NCBI GenBank assembly: GCA_027492035.1
Contig: JAOZFT010000004.1
Coordinates: 576,001 to 640,000, forward strand
Length of the DNA stretch: 64,000 bases
Direction of reading: 5' to 3'
DNA from: Thermoproteota archaeon
Lineage (GTDB): Archaea; Korarchaeota; JAOZGF01; JAOZFZ01
Shown here: positions 19,007 through 29,454 of the stretch, one piece after another
Layout of the letters: each line of letters starts with the position of its first letter
How positions within the stretch are numbered: position 1 is the first letter of the stretch
Position numbers and translations under genes: made by a program
Notes under the pieces: model-generated
The model's input: only the letters and a program-made list of their open reading frames with translations
Database searches by the model: none
Told to the model about the DNA's origin: nothing

Positions 19007-19699
19007 TCAAGTAATTGAAGGCAACACCTTGATTCTGTACTGGTAAGATATACATCTTTTTAAGACTGGATCAATCATTTCAATTTGGAAACTTTCTGGA
19101 AATTGAAGTTTCCCTGTAACTGTTGGAATTGTCCCTGAAAAAATAATTAATCCTTTTTTACTTAGTTTGTCTCTATCGACTATCTCAAGAAATTTTTTCG
19201 GTGGAAGTAAAGTTTTGAGTGCAGATTTTTGGTAAAGTATTTTTTCACCGTTAAGTTTAATTATGCTTTTAAGTATTATTTTATCCCAATGGCCTTCAAC
19301 GTCTTTGTAACGCCAAACTATTGGAGCTATAATTTTAGGATATGCTTGTTTAGCTTTTTCCACACTTAATTTTTCAAGGCTTCTATCTGTGTGGTCGCTT
19401 CCTACTGTGACATACTTTATGTTTTCATCTACAAAAAGTACATATTCAACTTCTCCATTGGTGAATTTATGTTGAACCTCAACTTCATCGAGAGTATTTA
19501 TTAAATATGTACTGACAGGGAAGACAATAGGTGTTTTCTTAGGCTTAGGCACTCCTGTTTTAGCAAGTTCCTCAATGTGTTTCTTAACTTCAGTTTGATT
19601 TCTTCCACTCCACCCACCTAAGAGAAGAAGGTTAATTTTAAAGTTGACAGGTTTCAAGTGACAGTTACCATCTAAAACATAGATTCTCAATGTTCTCAA
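19007..19699 (-). CDS. DUF2848 family protein (FAH-like)
   Basis: GGWSGRNQ...HIEELAK, GEVEYV, VGSDHTDR, FSGTIP. Confidence 0.85.
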   Translation of the reverse strand: MRTLRIYVLDGNCHLKPVNFKINLLLLGGWSGRNQTEVKKHIEELAKTGVPKPKKTPIVFPVSTYLINTLDEVEVQHKFTNGEVEYVLFVDENIKYVTVGSDHTDRSLEKLSVEKAKQAYPKIIAPIVWRYKDVEGHWDKIILKSIIKLNGEKILYQKSALKTLLPPKKFLEIVDRDKLSKKGLIIFSGTIPTVTGKLQFPESFQIEMIDPVLKRCISYQYRIKVLPSIT

Positions 19700-19712
19700 A
19701 ATTCAAAACCTC

Positions 19713-19732
19713 CCTTTAAACCTGTTTAAAGG
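19713..19732. promoter_or_regulatory. Perfect 9-bp inverted repeat (candidate operator) upstream of DUF2848
   Basis: CCTTTAAAC-CT-GTTTAAAGG between an AT-rich TATA-like element (about 19747-19754, minus strand) and the GGAGG RBS. Confidence 0.45.
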
Positions 19733-19787
19733 ATTTTGTTGAAGGGAATAAATTATGAAAGACCAAGGTTAAACTAAATAGAAGAAT

Positions 19788-20489
19788 TCAATGCTTTGAA
19801 AGAGTTACTTCCATTTCCGGCTTACCCGTGATAAGATAAAGTGTTTCAAAGAAAAATTTTTTCTCTCTCAAGACTTTACATTTAATTCCAACTTTCTTGC
19901 AGATTTCAAGTGTTTTTTCTAAATTGTTCAGACTTGAATGAACAAAAACAATTTTTCCCTTTTTTCTTAAATAACTAGGGGCTTTTTCAAGGAATGTATC
20001 AATAATTTCTCTTCCCCCACACCCTCCCGACCAAGCTAGTGAGAGATAATCTCCTTTATTTGGTTTAATTGGTAAATATGGCGGATTAAACGTTATCAGG
20101 TCAAATTTTTCTTTTTTAACAGGTTCGAAAAGGTTTCCAAGTTTAAATGTTATTTTTCGTGCCACTTTATTAATTGAAGCGTTTAGTTTTAAACAATTTC
20201 CGCTTTTAGGATTTATATCTGTAGCGGTAACCGTAAACCCTTTCTTTGCCAATAAAACAGCAATTACTCCTGTTCCTGTACCCAAATCTAAAGCTTTTCT
20301 TTGTTCATTTTTTAGGGAGGGTTTTAAGGAGGAGAGGTAGTCAAAAATTAAGAAAGTGTCATCTGAAGGTTTATAGACTTGTTTACACGGCAATATTTTC
20401 AAATCACCGATTTTTATCAATTTTTCATTTTCACTTTGGCTACTTTGCTTAACTTCTCGATCTTGACCGAAAAGTTTTTTAGATTGCAA
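19788..20489 (-). CDS. HemK2/Mtq2-like protein glutamine methyltransferase
   Basis: VYKPSDDTFL, LDLGTGTG, FNPPY, WSGG...GRE. Confidence 0.9.
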   Translation of the reverse strand: MQSKKLFGQDREVKQSSQSENEKLIKIGDLKILPCKQVYKPSDDTFLIFDYLSSLKPSLKNEQRKALDLGTGTGVIAVLLAKKGFTVTATDINPKSGNCLKLNASINKVARKITFKLGNLFEPVKKEKFDLITFNPPYLPIKPNKGDYLSLAWSGGCGGREIIDTFLEKAPSYLRKKGKIVFVHSSLNNLEKTLEICKKVGIKCKVLREKKFFFETLYLITGKPEMEVTLSKH

Positions 20490-21396
20490 GGTGTTTTCCT
20501 CCCAGTTCCAAGGAAAGTGGAATTTTACAGGTTAGAAATAGCTCTTTTGCTTTAAATGAAAAATAGAACAACCCTTTGTTACTCTTTTATTATGCAGGCG
20601 TTTTATTTTTAATTCATGATTTTTTATAATTTAAGTAAATAGGAAAGGTAAGGATATTTACTTAAGAAGATTTAGTTAGTTTTTATAGGTTTTTGAGTAG
20701 TAACCCTTTAAGGATGAAACCTTTACCCTTTAAAGTAAAGGTAGAGACTCTAGTTAATAATTACTTGTTTAGTTAAAAGGGAAGGAACTGAGAAATTAAG
20801 CTGTTATGGTTCGGAAATTTGAGCAAAGGTAAGGGAGACAAGCAAAACATAGAAAGGAACAAATGTTTCGTTTAGTATAGAGAGTTTCCCAGAAGACCCG
20901 TTGAAAAGATGTTTAGAAGATGTATAGCCGCTTTAGTTAAGTTGTTGCTAAAATTCTCTTCCTCCTTTCGGTTCAAGGATATTGACTTTTGTCTCTTCAA
21001 CAGGTAACAGCTTATGTTGAGTAGTTAACCAGTTAACTTCTTCCTTCTTAACTGTTTCGTTAACTGCTTCCTCAATGTTTAACCATTCAATTAACTATGT
21101 TATCAATATTAAACCAGAATTATCCACGTAACCTGATATAGCTTCCCTCCCTCCTTGAAGAGATTATTCTAGAACCTAATCACATTAATTTAAAGGTTGT
21201 TCTATTTTTTCTCTTTAAGGTTTTCGGAGCACGTAGAAACTATCATAATTCTTCTTGCTTAAAACTAGAAATTTACATAAGTTTTTACGTATTAATAAAC
21301 TTTTTAAGAGAAGGGTTTTTCTTGTTAAACAAAAAAATGTAAAAAATAAATAGGTTTTAAATTACTCTTCTCGCTTAAAAATTGAGGAAGGTGTAA

Positions 21397-22779
21397 ATGG
21401 TAATGAGTAAGAAGGTATCGGTTGAAGAGCTTCTTAAAAAGGCTGAAAAACCAAGTAAGTTAGCTTTAGCTTACCACCCCTTCTATGAAGGGAAGCTTCA
21501 AGTGATGCCTAAATGCGCCATAAGGAGCGCCTACGACTTTGCAATTTGGTATACTCCTGGAGTTGCAGCACCATGTAAAGAAATAAAGAAAAACAAGGAT
21601 TTAGTTTTCGAACATACAAACAGGTGGAACTATGTAGCAGTGGTTAGTGACGGGACAAGGGTCCTAGGTTTGGGTGACATTGGTGCAGAAGCCGGTTTAC
21701 CGGTCATGGAAGGTAAAGCAATACTTTTCAAGTACTTAGGGGGAGTGGATGCTTTTCCTATTATGTTAGGGACAAAAGACCCGGATGAAATAATTACAGC
21801 CCTCCAATGGCTTGAACCCACCTTTGGAGGGGTAAACCTAGAGGATATATCAAAACCTAAGTGTTTCTACATCCTTGAAAAAGCTAGGGAAAAACTTGAA
21901 ATCCCTGTTTGGCATGATGATCAGCAAGGAACAGCCACTATTGTGTATGCAGGATTAATCAATGCCTTAAAAATTGTGGGGAAAAAACTTCCAGAAGTTG
22001 AAATAGCAATTGTGGGTGTAGGTGCTGCTAACACAAGAACAGCCATAATTTTAGAAAAAGCAGGCGCAAACCCTAAAAACATGATCATGGTTGACAGCAA
22101 AGGTATTCTTCACTCAGGAAGGAAAGATCTTGAAGCTGAAAAAGATAAGAACCCTTGGAAATGGGATTTCTGTTTAAAAACAAATTCTGAAGGAAGAACG
22201 GGTGGTTTACCTGAAGCTTTGAAAGGGGTTGACGTAGTTATCGCTGCTTCTAAACCAGGACCTGGAACAATCAAAAAGGAGTGGGTTGCTGAAATGGCTG
22301 ACGACGCAATTGTCTTTGCATGTGCAAACCCTATACCTGAAATTTGGCCTTGGGAAGCAAAGGAAGCAGGTGCAAAAATAATAGCTACTGGAAGAAGTGA
22401 CTTTCCAAATCAAATAAACAACTCTTTAGGTTTTCCTGGAATATTCAGGGGGGTTCTGGATGTTAAAGCGAAAACAGTTACAGATGAAATGTGCATTGCA
22501 GCCGGTAATGAATTAGCTAAGTTTGCTGAGGAGAAAGGAATTCACGAAGACTATATTGTACCCACAATGCAGGAGTGGGAAGTTTATCCTAGGGAGGCTG
22601 TAGCTTGTGCATTAAAATCAATTGAAGACGGTGTAGCCAGGGTTAAACTTAGTCGTCAGGAGCTTTACGACAGAGCCTTTGCAATAATTAAAAACGCTAG
22701 GGAATCAACTAAAGTTTTAATGAGGGAAGGATTAATTAAACCGCCTCCTCCAGAAGAAGAGATTTTAAAGAAGCATTAA
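21397..22779 (+). CDS. mae: NAD(P)-dependent malic enzyme
   Basis: YTPGVA, VSDGTRVLGLGD, PVMEGKA, NLEDI, HDDQQGT, ATGRSDFPNQINN. Confidence 0.95.
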   Translation: MVMSKKVSVEELLKKAEKPSKLALAYHPFYEGKLQVMPKCAIRSAYDFAIWYTPGVAAPCKEIKKNKDLVFEHTNRWNYVAVVSDGTRVLGLGDIGAEAGLPVMEGKAILFKYLGGVDAFPIMLGTKDPDEIITALQWLEPTFGGVNLEDISKPKCFYILEKAREKLEIPVWHDDQQGTATIVYAGLINALKIVGKKLPEVEIAIVGVGAANTRTAIILEKAGANPKNMIMVDSKGILHSGRKDLEAEKDKNPWKWDFCLKTNSEGRTGGLPEALKGVDVVIAASKPGPGTIKKEWVAEMADDAIVFACANPIPEIWPWEAKEAGAKIIATGRSDFPNQINNSLGFPGIFRGVLDVKAKTVTDEMCIAAGNELAKFAEEKGIHEDYIVPTMQEWEVYPREAVACALKSIEDGVARVKLSRQELYDRAFAIIKNARESTKVLMREGLIKPPPPEEEILKKH

Positions 22780-22846
22780 ACCCCCCTTTCCTCTTTTAAA
22801 CATAAAAGAAAGTAATTCTTTAATTTTTTTAAGGGAGAGTCCTGGT

Positions 22847-23596
22847 TTGGAAGATGTTAACATCGTTTTCTTCGACTTAGATGAAACCCTTTACAATTAC
22901 GGTGCAGTTAGGCTCAAAGCCACTTTGCAAGTAGCTGAGCATGTTGAGGAACTAGGTTTGGTGGAAGCTGGAAAATTCATTTCAGTTCATCAAAAAATTT
23001 GGAAGGAAATTTACAGGAAATACAAAGGTAAATGTGAAATGTTTAATAGGGAAATACGTTTCAGAGAAGTTTTTAGGGAATTAAAGGTTCCAGTAAAAAC
23101 TAAACTTATTAAGGAACTTGCTAATTTGTTTTGGAGCAAGGTTTATGAGGAAATGAAGCCTTACCGGGATGTGAAACCGTGTCTTGAGGCTTTAAAAAGA
23201 GAAGGGGTTAAAATAGGTTTAATTTCAGATGGTTACGTAAAAATTCAGGCGAAAAAACTCGAAGCTTTAAAGATAAGGAAGTATTTCGACGTTGAAACGT
23301 ATTCAGAGGAAGTTGGCGAAAATAAACCCTCCAAAAAAATTTTCCTTTTAGCTTTAAAGAAAGCAGGTTTACCGGCTGAGGAAGCGGTAATGGTTGGAGA
23401 TAACTTAAAAACGGATATCCTAGGGGCTAAAAAAACAGGTTTAAAAACTATCCTTGTTAAAAGAGGAATATTTAAAGATTTAAAACCTGAAAATGAATGG
23501 GAAGAGCCTGACTTCATAATTAACGAATTAACGGAAACCCCAAAAATCATAAAAGGAATGAAAAGTTTTAGGAAATCCTTAAAACTTGGCCGTTAA
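22847..23596 (+). CDS. HAD-superfamily hydrolase
   Basis: FFDLDETL, KP, MVGDNLKTDI. Confidence 0.92.
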   Translation: MEDVNIVFFDLDETLYNYGAVRLKATLQVAEHVEELGLVEAGKFISVHQKIWKEIYRKYKGKCEMFNREIRFREVFRELKVPVKTKLIKELANLFWSKVYEEMKPYRDVKPCLEALKREGVKIGLISDGYVKIQAKKLEALKIRKYFDVETYSEEVGENKPSKKIFLLALKKAGLPAEEAVMVGDNLKTDILGAKKTGLKTILVKRGIFKDLKPENEWEEPDFIINELTETPKIIKGMKSFRKSLKLGR

Positions 23597-23691
23597 ATAA
23601 GATATAAAAGAGAAACTTAAGTTAGTGATCAAAAAAGGTTTAGGAATGCTAGAAAAGTAAAAAGGGAATGGTTAAAGGTAATAAAAGGGTT

Positions 23692-24384
23692 TCACTTCTC
23701 TTTCTCTAGAATCACTACTTCGCAAATGTTTGAAGCCTTAGAACGGAAAGTTTCAGCGTCAGTTTTTTCCCCTACAATTGCTCCGTAATGCATTGGAATC
23801 GCTACCTTCGGTTTTATCCTTTTAACTGCTTCAACAGCTTCATCTGGGGTCATTACATATGTTCCGCTCACCGGCAGCAAAGCTACGTCTATTTCCCCAA
23901 GGTTACTCATTTCACTTATTAGGTCTGTGTCCCCTGCATGGTAAATTTTTATGTTTCCGATTTTCAAAATAAACCCTACCCCGTTATATTCTTTCGGATG
24001 GAAAACTTGCCCTGGGGCACGGAACTTGTTTACATTGTAGGCTGGAACAGCCCTTATTTCCACTCCTTTAACCGTTGCCTCCTCTCCAGGTTTTAAATAC
24101 TTTACTTCCTCCACTTTTAAACCCTTAATTTTTCCTTTACAGTTTATTGAAGCTATAATTACAGTGTCCTCCTTAACCACTTTTTTTATGTCTTCTAAAC
24201 TTAAGTGGTCAAAGTGTTCATGGCCCACAGTAACAACGTCAGCTTTTTCTTCCTGAGAAGGAATCCTGAACGGGTCTGTGTAAATTGTTTTATCATCAGT
24301 AATTCTGAAACAATCGTGCTCTAAATAGAAAAACTTTACACCTTTATATTCAAACACCACGTTTCCACCTCTACGGAAAAACAA
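23692..24384 (-). CDS. Metallo-beta-lactamase fold hydrolase
   Basis: HEHFDH, YHAGDT, IPMHYG. Confidence 0.9.
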   Translation of the reverse strand: MFFRRGGNVVFEYKGVKFFYLEHDCFRITDDKTIYTDPFRIPSQEEKADVVTVGHEHFDHLSLEDIKKVVKEDTVIIASINCKGKIKGLKVEEVKYLKPGEEATVKGVEIRAVPAYNVNKFRAPGQVFHPKEYNGVGFILKIGNIKIYHAGDTDLISEMSNLGEIDVALLPVSGTYVMTPDEAVEAVKRIKPKVAIPMHYGAIVGEKTDAETFRSKASNICEVVILEKEK

Positions 24385-24479
24385 AAACTTTTTCTACATT
24401 TTTCTTTATTTTTTTAAGTTAACTTTTTAGCTGATTTCCTTCTTTAATTTTTCTAGTTTTAAAAACGAGTTTTTAAAAA

Positions 24480-25007
24480 ATGTTATGGTCGTGTTGGTTT
24501 ATGGTTACTTTCATTGCTGACGGTATGCTTGGTAGAATAGCTAAGTTTTTGAGATTAGCAGGTTACGACACATTGTTTGCAGGGGAAAACCTTAAGGATA
24601 AGGAAGTAATTAAAGTTGCGTTTAAGGATGAAAGAATTCTTTTAACAAAGGATAAAAAACTTTATTTAGAAGCTATAAAAAATGGGGTTGACGCATTTCT
24701 TGTTTCTGAAAAGGGCTTCTTTTCATCTATAGCTGAAATAGCTGTGAATTATGGTTTAAACTTAAATTTTAAACCTGACACTTCAAGATGCCCAAAATGT
24801 AATCACCCTGTAAGGAAAACAGAACCTTGGGAAGTTAAAGGGAGAGTTCCGGAAAAGACTTTTTTGAAGCAGAAAGTTTACTGGGTATGCGATAACTGCG
24901 GCCAAATTTACTGGCTTGGATCTCACTGGATAAACATTAAAAAGGAGGAAAAAGAAATTCAAAAAAGAATTGAAAGGCTAAAGAGTCAGAGAAGAATAAA
25001 TCATTAA
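24480..25007 (+). CDS. Mut7-C RNase domain protein (DUF82; likely start 24501)
   Basis: FIADGMLGRIAKFLRLAGYDT, ILLTKD, RCPKCN...CDNCGQIYWLGSH. Confidence 0.92.
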   Translation: MLWSCWFMVTFIADGMLGRIAKFLRLAGYDTLFAGENLKDKEVIKVAFKDERILLTKDKKLYLEAIKNGVDAFLVSEKGFFSSIAEIAVNYGLNLNFKPDTSRCPKCNHPVRKTEPWEVKGRVPEKTFLKQKVYWVCDNCGQIYWLGSHWINIKKEEKEIQKRIERLKSQRRINH

Positions 25008-25236
25008 CTAAAAATTTTTTAGGTCCACAGTAGAAAAGTGTTTGACTTAAAACTTTCAGGTGTTCAAAAGGTTTCAGGAATTAAATTTGTTGTCAAGGGA
25101 AGTAGATGAAAATTTAGTCAATTCATGCTTATTTAAGGTGGGGAAGTAATTTTATTTTTGGAAAAATGTAAGATGCATGAAGGAAACTAGAAAATAAAGT
25201 CAAGACTGTTCTTTAATAAGGCTTTTTTAAAGAGGA

Positions 25237-26937
25237 TTGGGAAACTTGACTCTCTTTATTTCATTAACTGAAACCTGTCAAAAAATAGCTTCTACTTCAA
25301 GTAGACTTGAAAAAATGAGGATTCTTAATGACTTTCTTCGAAAATTAAGCAGGGAAGAAATTAAACCAGCTATAAACCTGATTTTAGGAAGAATAGCGGG
25401 GAAGGGTGAGATAAAGACAGGAATAAGTTCAGGCATTATTTTATCTGCTTTAAAAAAGGTTTTAGGTGATAATTTTAAGTTTAGAGACAAATGTAAAGAA
25501 TCAGCTGATTTAGGTGAATACGTTGAATGTCTCCTTAAAAGTTTTAAACCTGTAAAGCAGCAGGTTTTTCTAGAAACAACTTATAGCTTAAAGGGCATCT
25601 ACGAAGTCTTGAGGAAAGCCTTTCTTTTGAAAGGGAAGAAATCCAAGGAGAAAAAGGAGGAAATCGTTGCTTCCCTCTTAACGAACTTGACACCTTCAGA
25701 ATCTAAGTACTTGGTAAACATTATTTTAGGCGATTTAAGAATAGGGTTGGAGGAAGGAACTGTAGAGCAGGCTTTGGCTAAGCTTTTAAACTTAAACATT
25801 GAAACTGTAAAGAGGGCTAACATGTTGCTTGGAGATATAAGTGAAACTGTTTATTTAGGGTTAACCGACAAGAAATCTCTACTGACTGCAAAAATACAGC
25901 TCTTCAAACCAATAAAACCAATGTTGGCTGAAACCGCTGAAAATCTAAAAGAAATATTTGATGAAATGCATGGTCCTGTGTCTCTTGAACCTAAACTAGA
26001 TGGTGCGAGGGTTCAAATTCACCATTCTAAGGGAAAAACAAAAATATTTACTAGAAGACTTTCAGAAGTAACTAATAGCTTACCTGAAATAATCACCTTA
26101 ACGAAACAAGAATTCACTTCTGCCGATTACATCGTGGAGGGGGAGGTTGTTGCTGTTTCAAGAAAGGGAGAAATTCTTCCATTTAATTACTTGATGCGGA
26201 GGTTTAGAAGAACAAAGGAAATAACAGAAATATCTGAAAAAATTAAACTTAAACTTTTTCTCTTCGACATTCTTTACTACCAAGGGAAGCAACTCATAGA
26301 CGCTCCGTATGAACAACGCAGAGAAAAACTTGTTGGAGAATTTGGGAGAGAGAACGTGGTTCCTGCTTTATTAACCAAAAACGACAAAAAAGCTGAAGAG
26401 TTCTTTTTAAACTGTGTCAAGGAGGGACATGAAGGAGTAATGGCTAAAAACCCTAAATCAATTTATGAACCGGGTAAAAGAGGAAAAAACTGGCTTAAAT
26501 TAAAGAAAACACTTACTTTAGACTTAGTTATAGTGGGAGCCCAATGGGGTTACGGTAGAAGGAGGAAATGGTTAAGTGACTATTTCTTAGCTGTGTGGAA
26601 CGAAAGTAAAACAGACCTACTGATTGTGGGAAAAACATTTAAGGGGTTGACCGACCAAGAATTCGAATGGATAACCAAGAAACTCCTAGAAAAAAAGTTA
26701 AGGGAAAAGGGGTACGTTGTCTGGGTTAAACCTGAAATAGTGGTTGAAACGGCTTTTAATGAAATCCAGAAATCTAAACTTTACCCTTCAGGCTACGTCT
26801 TAAGGTTTGCAAGAATAAAAAATATAAGGTTTGATAAAGAATTGAAAGAAGCTGACACAATAAAGGAAGTGAAGAAAATATTTGAAACGCAGAAAAAGAG
26901 AAACCTTGAAAAAATATGGAGGAGCTTCTCAGCTTAA
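25237..26937 (+). CDS. lig: ATP-dependent DNA ligase (LigB-like signature)
   Basis: KPMLAE, motif I EPKLDGARVQIH, EGVMAK, WLKLK, LDLVIVGAQWGYGRR, GKTFKGLTD, LRFAR. Confidence 0.93.
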   Translation: MGNLTLFISLTETCQKIASTSSRLEKMRILNDFLRKLSREEIKPAINLILGRIAGKGEIKTGISSGIILSALKKVLGDNFKFRDKCKESADLGEYVECLLKSFKPVKQQVFLETTYSLKGIYEVLRKAFLLKGKKSKEKKEEIVASLLTNLTPSESKYLVNIILGDLRIGLEEGTVEQALAKLLNLNIETVKRANMLLGDISETVYLGLTDKKSLLTAKIQLFKPIKPMLAETAENLKEIFDEMHGPVSLEPKLDGARVQIHHSKGKTKIFTRRLSEVTNSLPEIITLTKQEFTSADYIVEGEVVAVSRKGEILPFNYLMRRFRRTKEITEISEKIKLKLFLFDILYYQGKQLIDAPYEQRREKLVGEFGRENVVPALLTKNDKKAEEFFLNCVKEGHEGVMAKNPKSIYEPGKRGKNWLKLKKTLTLDLVIVGAQWGYGRRRKWLSDYFLAVWNESKTDLLIVGKTFKGLTDQEFEWITKKLLEKKLREKGYVVWVKPEIVVETAFNEIQKSKLYPSGYVLRFARIKNIRFDKELKEADTIKEVKKIFETQKKRNLEKIWRSFSA

Positions 26938-26973
26938 ACCTTTAAAACCCATGAATTAAAACTTTCTCTATAG

Positions 26974-27870
26974 GTGTTCTCCATAGGTGGGTGGATGTTT
27001 TCTTTCAGAAAAAAGGTAAAAACCTACTGGGATTTATTTAGGTTTGAACATGGGTTAATGATGGGTTTAGGTGTACTCATAGGTTACTTTGCTTCTTCAC
27101 CTGCAAAGGTCGAGTTCCTTACTTTATCCAAAGGGTTTTTTGTGGCTCTATTTCTTGAAATGGCAGGTTTCGCCTTAAACGATTATTTTGACTACTTAGT
27201 TGATTTGGAAAATAAAAGATTTGACAGGCCTCTTATTAGAGGGGAGATCAGAAAGGAACAAATAATTCCTATTTCGATTTTCCTTTTTTCCCTTGGGTTA
27301 AGCGTTTCACTTACTATCAACTTCCTAGCTTTCATTTTCTCTTTAATACTAGCTATACTGGCTATACTGTACGATTGGAAAGTTAAAAAAAGGAAATATC
27401 TAGGAAACCAATACATAGCAGTAACAATGGCTGCCCCCTTCCTTTTTGGAAGCTTAATTTCGACAGGTAGGTTTGTGTCTGTTACAATAATTTTGGCCTC
27501 TATGGCTTATTTAGTAGGTGTTGGGAGAGAAATAATGAAGGATGTTGTAGATTTAGATGGTGACGTGAAACAGGGAATAACGTCTCTGCCTTCAGTTCTA
27601 GGTGTAAAAAATTCTTTAAAGATTGCTTCTGTTTTGTTGTTCAGCAGCACTCTCCTAAGCCCTGTCCCTTTAACACTTACCGACACTGCCTACTACATGA
27701 ACCCTCTATACGCTGTTCCTGTTTCAATAACTGATTTAGGTTTAATCTATACAAGTTTTGAGACATGGAGGTACATAGAGAAAAGGAAACTGAACGATTT
27801 AAGGAAAGAAACCTTAATTATTCTAATTATAGGCTTAATAGGTTTCTTTTTAGGAGCCTTTAGACTTTAA
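26974..27870 (+). CDS. UbiA-family prenyltransferase, probable digeranylgeranylglyceryl phosphate synthase
   Basis: NDYFDYLVDLENKRFDRPL and REIMKDVVDLDGD aspartate-rich motifs; multi-TM. Confidence 0.85.
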   Translation: MFSIGGWMFSFRKKVKTYWDLFRFEHGLMMGLGVLIGYFASSPAKVEFLTLSKGFFVALFLEMAGFALNDYFDYLVDLENKRFDRPLIRGEIRKEQIIPISIFLFSLGLSVSLTINFLAFIFSLILAILAILYDWKVKKRKYLGNQYIAVTMAAPFLFGSLISTGRFVSVTIILASMAYLVGVGREIMKDVVDLDGDVKQGITSLPSVLGVKNSLKIASVLLFSSTLLSPVPLTLTDTAYYMNPLYAVPVSITDLGLIYTSFETWRYIEKRKLNDLRKETLIILIIGLIGFFLGAFRL

Positions 27871-27883
27871 AAACTTTCATTAT

Positions 27884-29302
27884 TTAATGTTGAAACCTCC
27901 AACGGGTACCCTGCTTTGTGTCTTCCACAACTACCCCTAATTCCTTCAATTTCTTCCTTATTTCGTCTGAGAGAGCGAAAAGTTTCTGCCTCCTTAATTC
28001 ATCCCTAACCACAATCACTAATTCTATCAACTCCCTAACAATTTCTTCTTTAATTTCTCTTTCCTTTTGTAGAACTCCGAAGACGCTACTGAAATCTTTG
28101 AAGAATGAATCGATTTCACGATATAATGCCTCGTTTATTTCGTTCTTGTTCTTTATGAACCTGTTGATTTCTTTTACTAAATTAAATACTGAAGCTAAGG
28201 CCTTAGGTGTGTTGAAGTCGTCATCCATTGCTTGCACAAATTCCTTTTTTGCGTTCTTGACCTTTTCTTTCAACTCGATTTCAGCTTCACTTAACACCCC
28301 TTTACTCTTTCTCAGCAGCTTCAGCAGATCCAACAAATTATAAATTCTCTCTAGACTTTCTCTTGTTTGCTCCAAATGTTCTTCACGGAAATCTATAGGA
28401 CTCCTGTAATGTTTCGAAACAAAAAACAACCTTAAAACTTCAGGACCCCACTTTTTTAAGGCTTCCCGTATAGGGATTATATTACCTAAACTCTTACTCA
28501 TTTTTTCCCCTTTAATGTTTAAGAAACCGGTATGTAACCAATACTTCACCCAAGGTTTCTTCCCGGATGCAGCTTCACTTTGAGCTATTTCGTTTTCATG
28601 ATGAGGAAAAATTAAATCGCTTCCGCCGCCATGTATATCAAACTGTTCACCTAAATACTTCGAACTCATAACTGAACACTCTATATGCCATCCCGGCCTT
28701 CCATTCCCCCACGGACTAGGCCAGTTTGGCTCTCTAGGTTTTTTAAATTTCCACAATGCAAAATCTCCTGGGTTACGTTTATTTGGGTTAGGTTCAATGC
28801 GGTGCTTAACCAACTCCTCCCTTTTCTGCTTCGAAAGTTTTCCGTAATCCTTAAACTTGTCAACATCGAAATAAACTCCATCTTTAATCACGTAAGCGTA
28901 ATCCTTTTCAACAAGTTTCTTTATAACCTCTAACATCTCTGATATGTGACCTGTGGCAAAACAGTAAATGTCAGGATGTATGTCAAGAATATACATATCC
29001 CTAAAAAATTCTTGACTAAACCTTGTAACCAACTCTGTAGTAGTTACTCCCTCCTCCTGAGCCTTTTTTATTATTTTGTCATCTACGTCTGTAATGTTCA
29101 TAACCCACTTAACTTTAAACCCTCTCTTTTCAAGCCAACGGTGAATCACATCGAAAGCTGTGTAGGTTCTTGCATGGCCTACATGGCTGTAATCGTAGGG
29201 GGTAGGTCCACAAACATACATCCTCACCTCTCCCCTTCTTAGCGGCCTAAAAACTTCCTTTTTCCCGCTTAAAGTGTTAAACAATTTAATTTCCATCATC
29301 AA
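27884..29302 (-). CDS. cysS: Cysteine--tRNA ligase
   Basis: YVCGPT, HVGH, GRPGWHIECS, FPHHENE, KMSKS. Confidence 0.97.
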   Translation of the reverse strand: MMMEIKLFNTLSGKKEVFRPLRRGEVRMYVCGPTPYDYSHVGHARTYTAFDVIHRWLEKRGFKVKWVMNITDVDDKIIKKAQEEGVTTTELVTRFSQEFFRDMYILDIHPDIYCFATGHISEMLEVIKKLVEKDYAYVIKDGVYFDVDKFKDYGKLSKQKREELVKHRIEPNPNKRNPGDFALWKFKKPREPNWPSPWGNGRPGWHIECSVMSSKYLGEQFDIHGGGSDLIFPHHENEIAQSEAASGKKPWVKYWLHTGFLNIKGEKMSKSLGNIIPIREALKKWGPEVLRLFFVSKHYRSPIDFREEHLEQTRESLERIYNLLDLLKLLRKSKGVLSEAEIELKEKVKNAKKEFVQAMDDDFNTPKALASVFNLVKEINRFIKNKNEINEALYREIDSFFKDFSSVFGVLQKEREIKEEIVRELIELVIVVRDELRRQKLFALSDEIRKKLKELGVVVEDTKQGTRWRFQH

Positions 29303-29454
29303 CCAACCTGCAACAAATACATCAGCTTAAGTTCACAAATGTTTCCCTTTCAAACCTTTAAGGGGGCTTTCGAAAAGTTAACCTTCTCTTATATTTATTT
29401 TTCATGAAAGAAGAGGAGGTTTTCTTTCACAGAAAAAAATTTCAGAAATAAATG

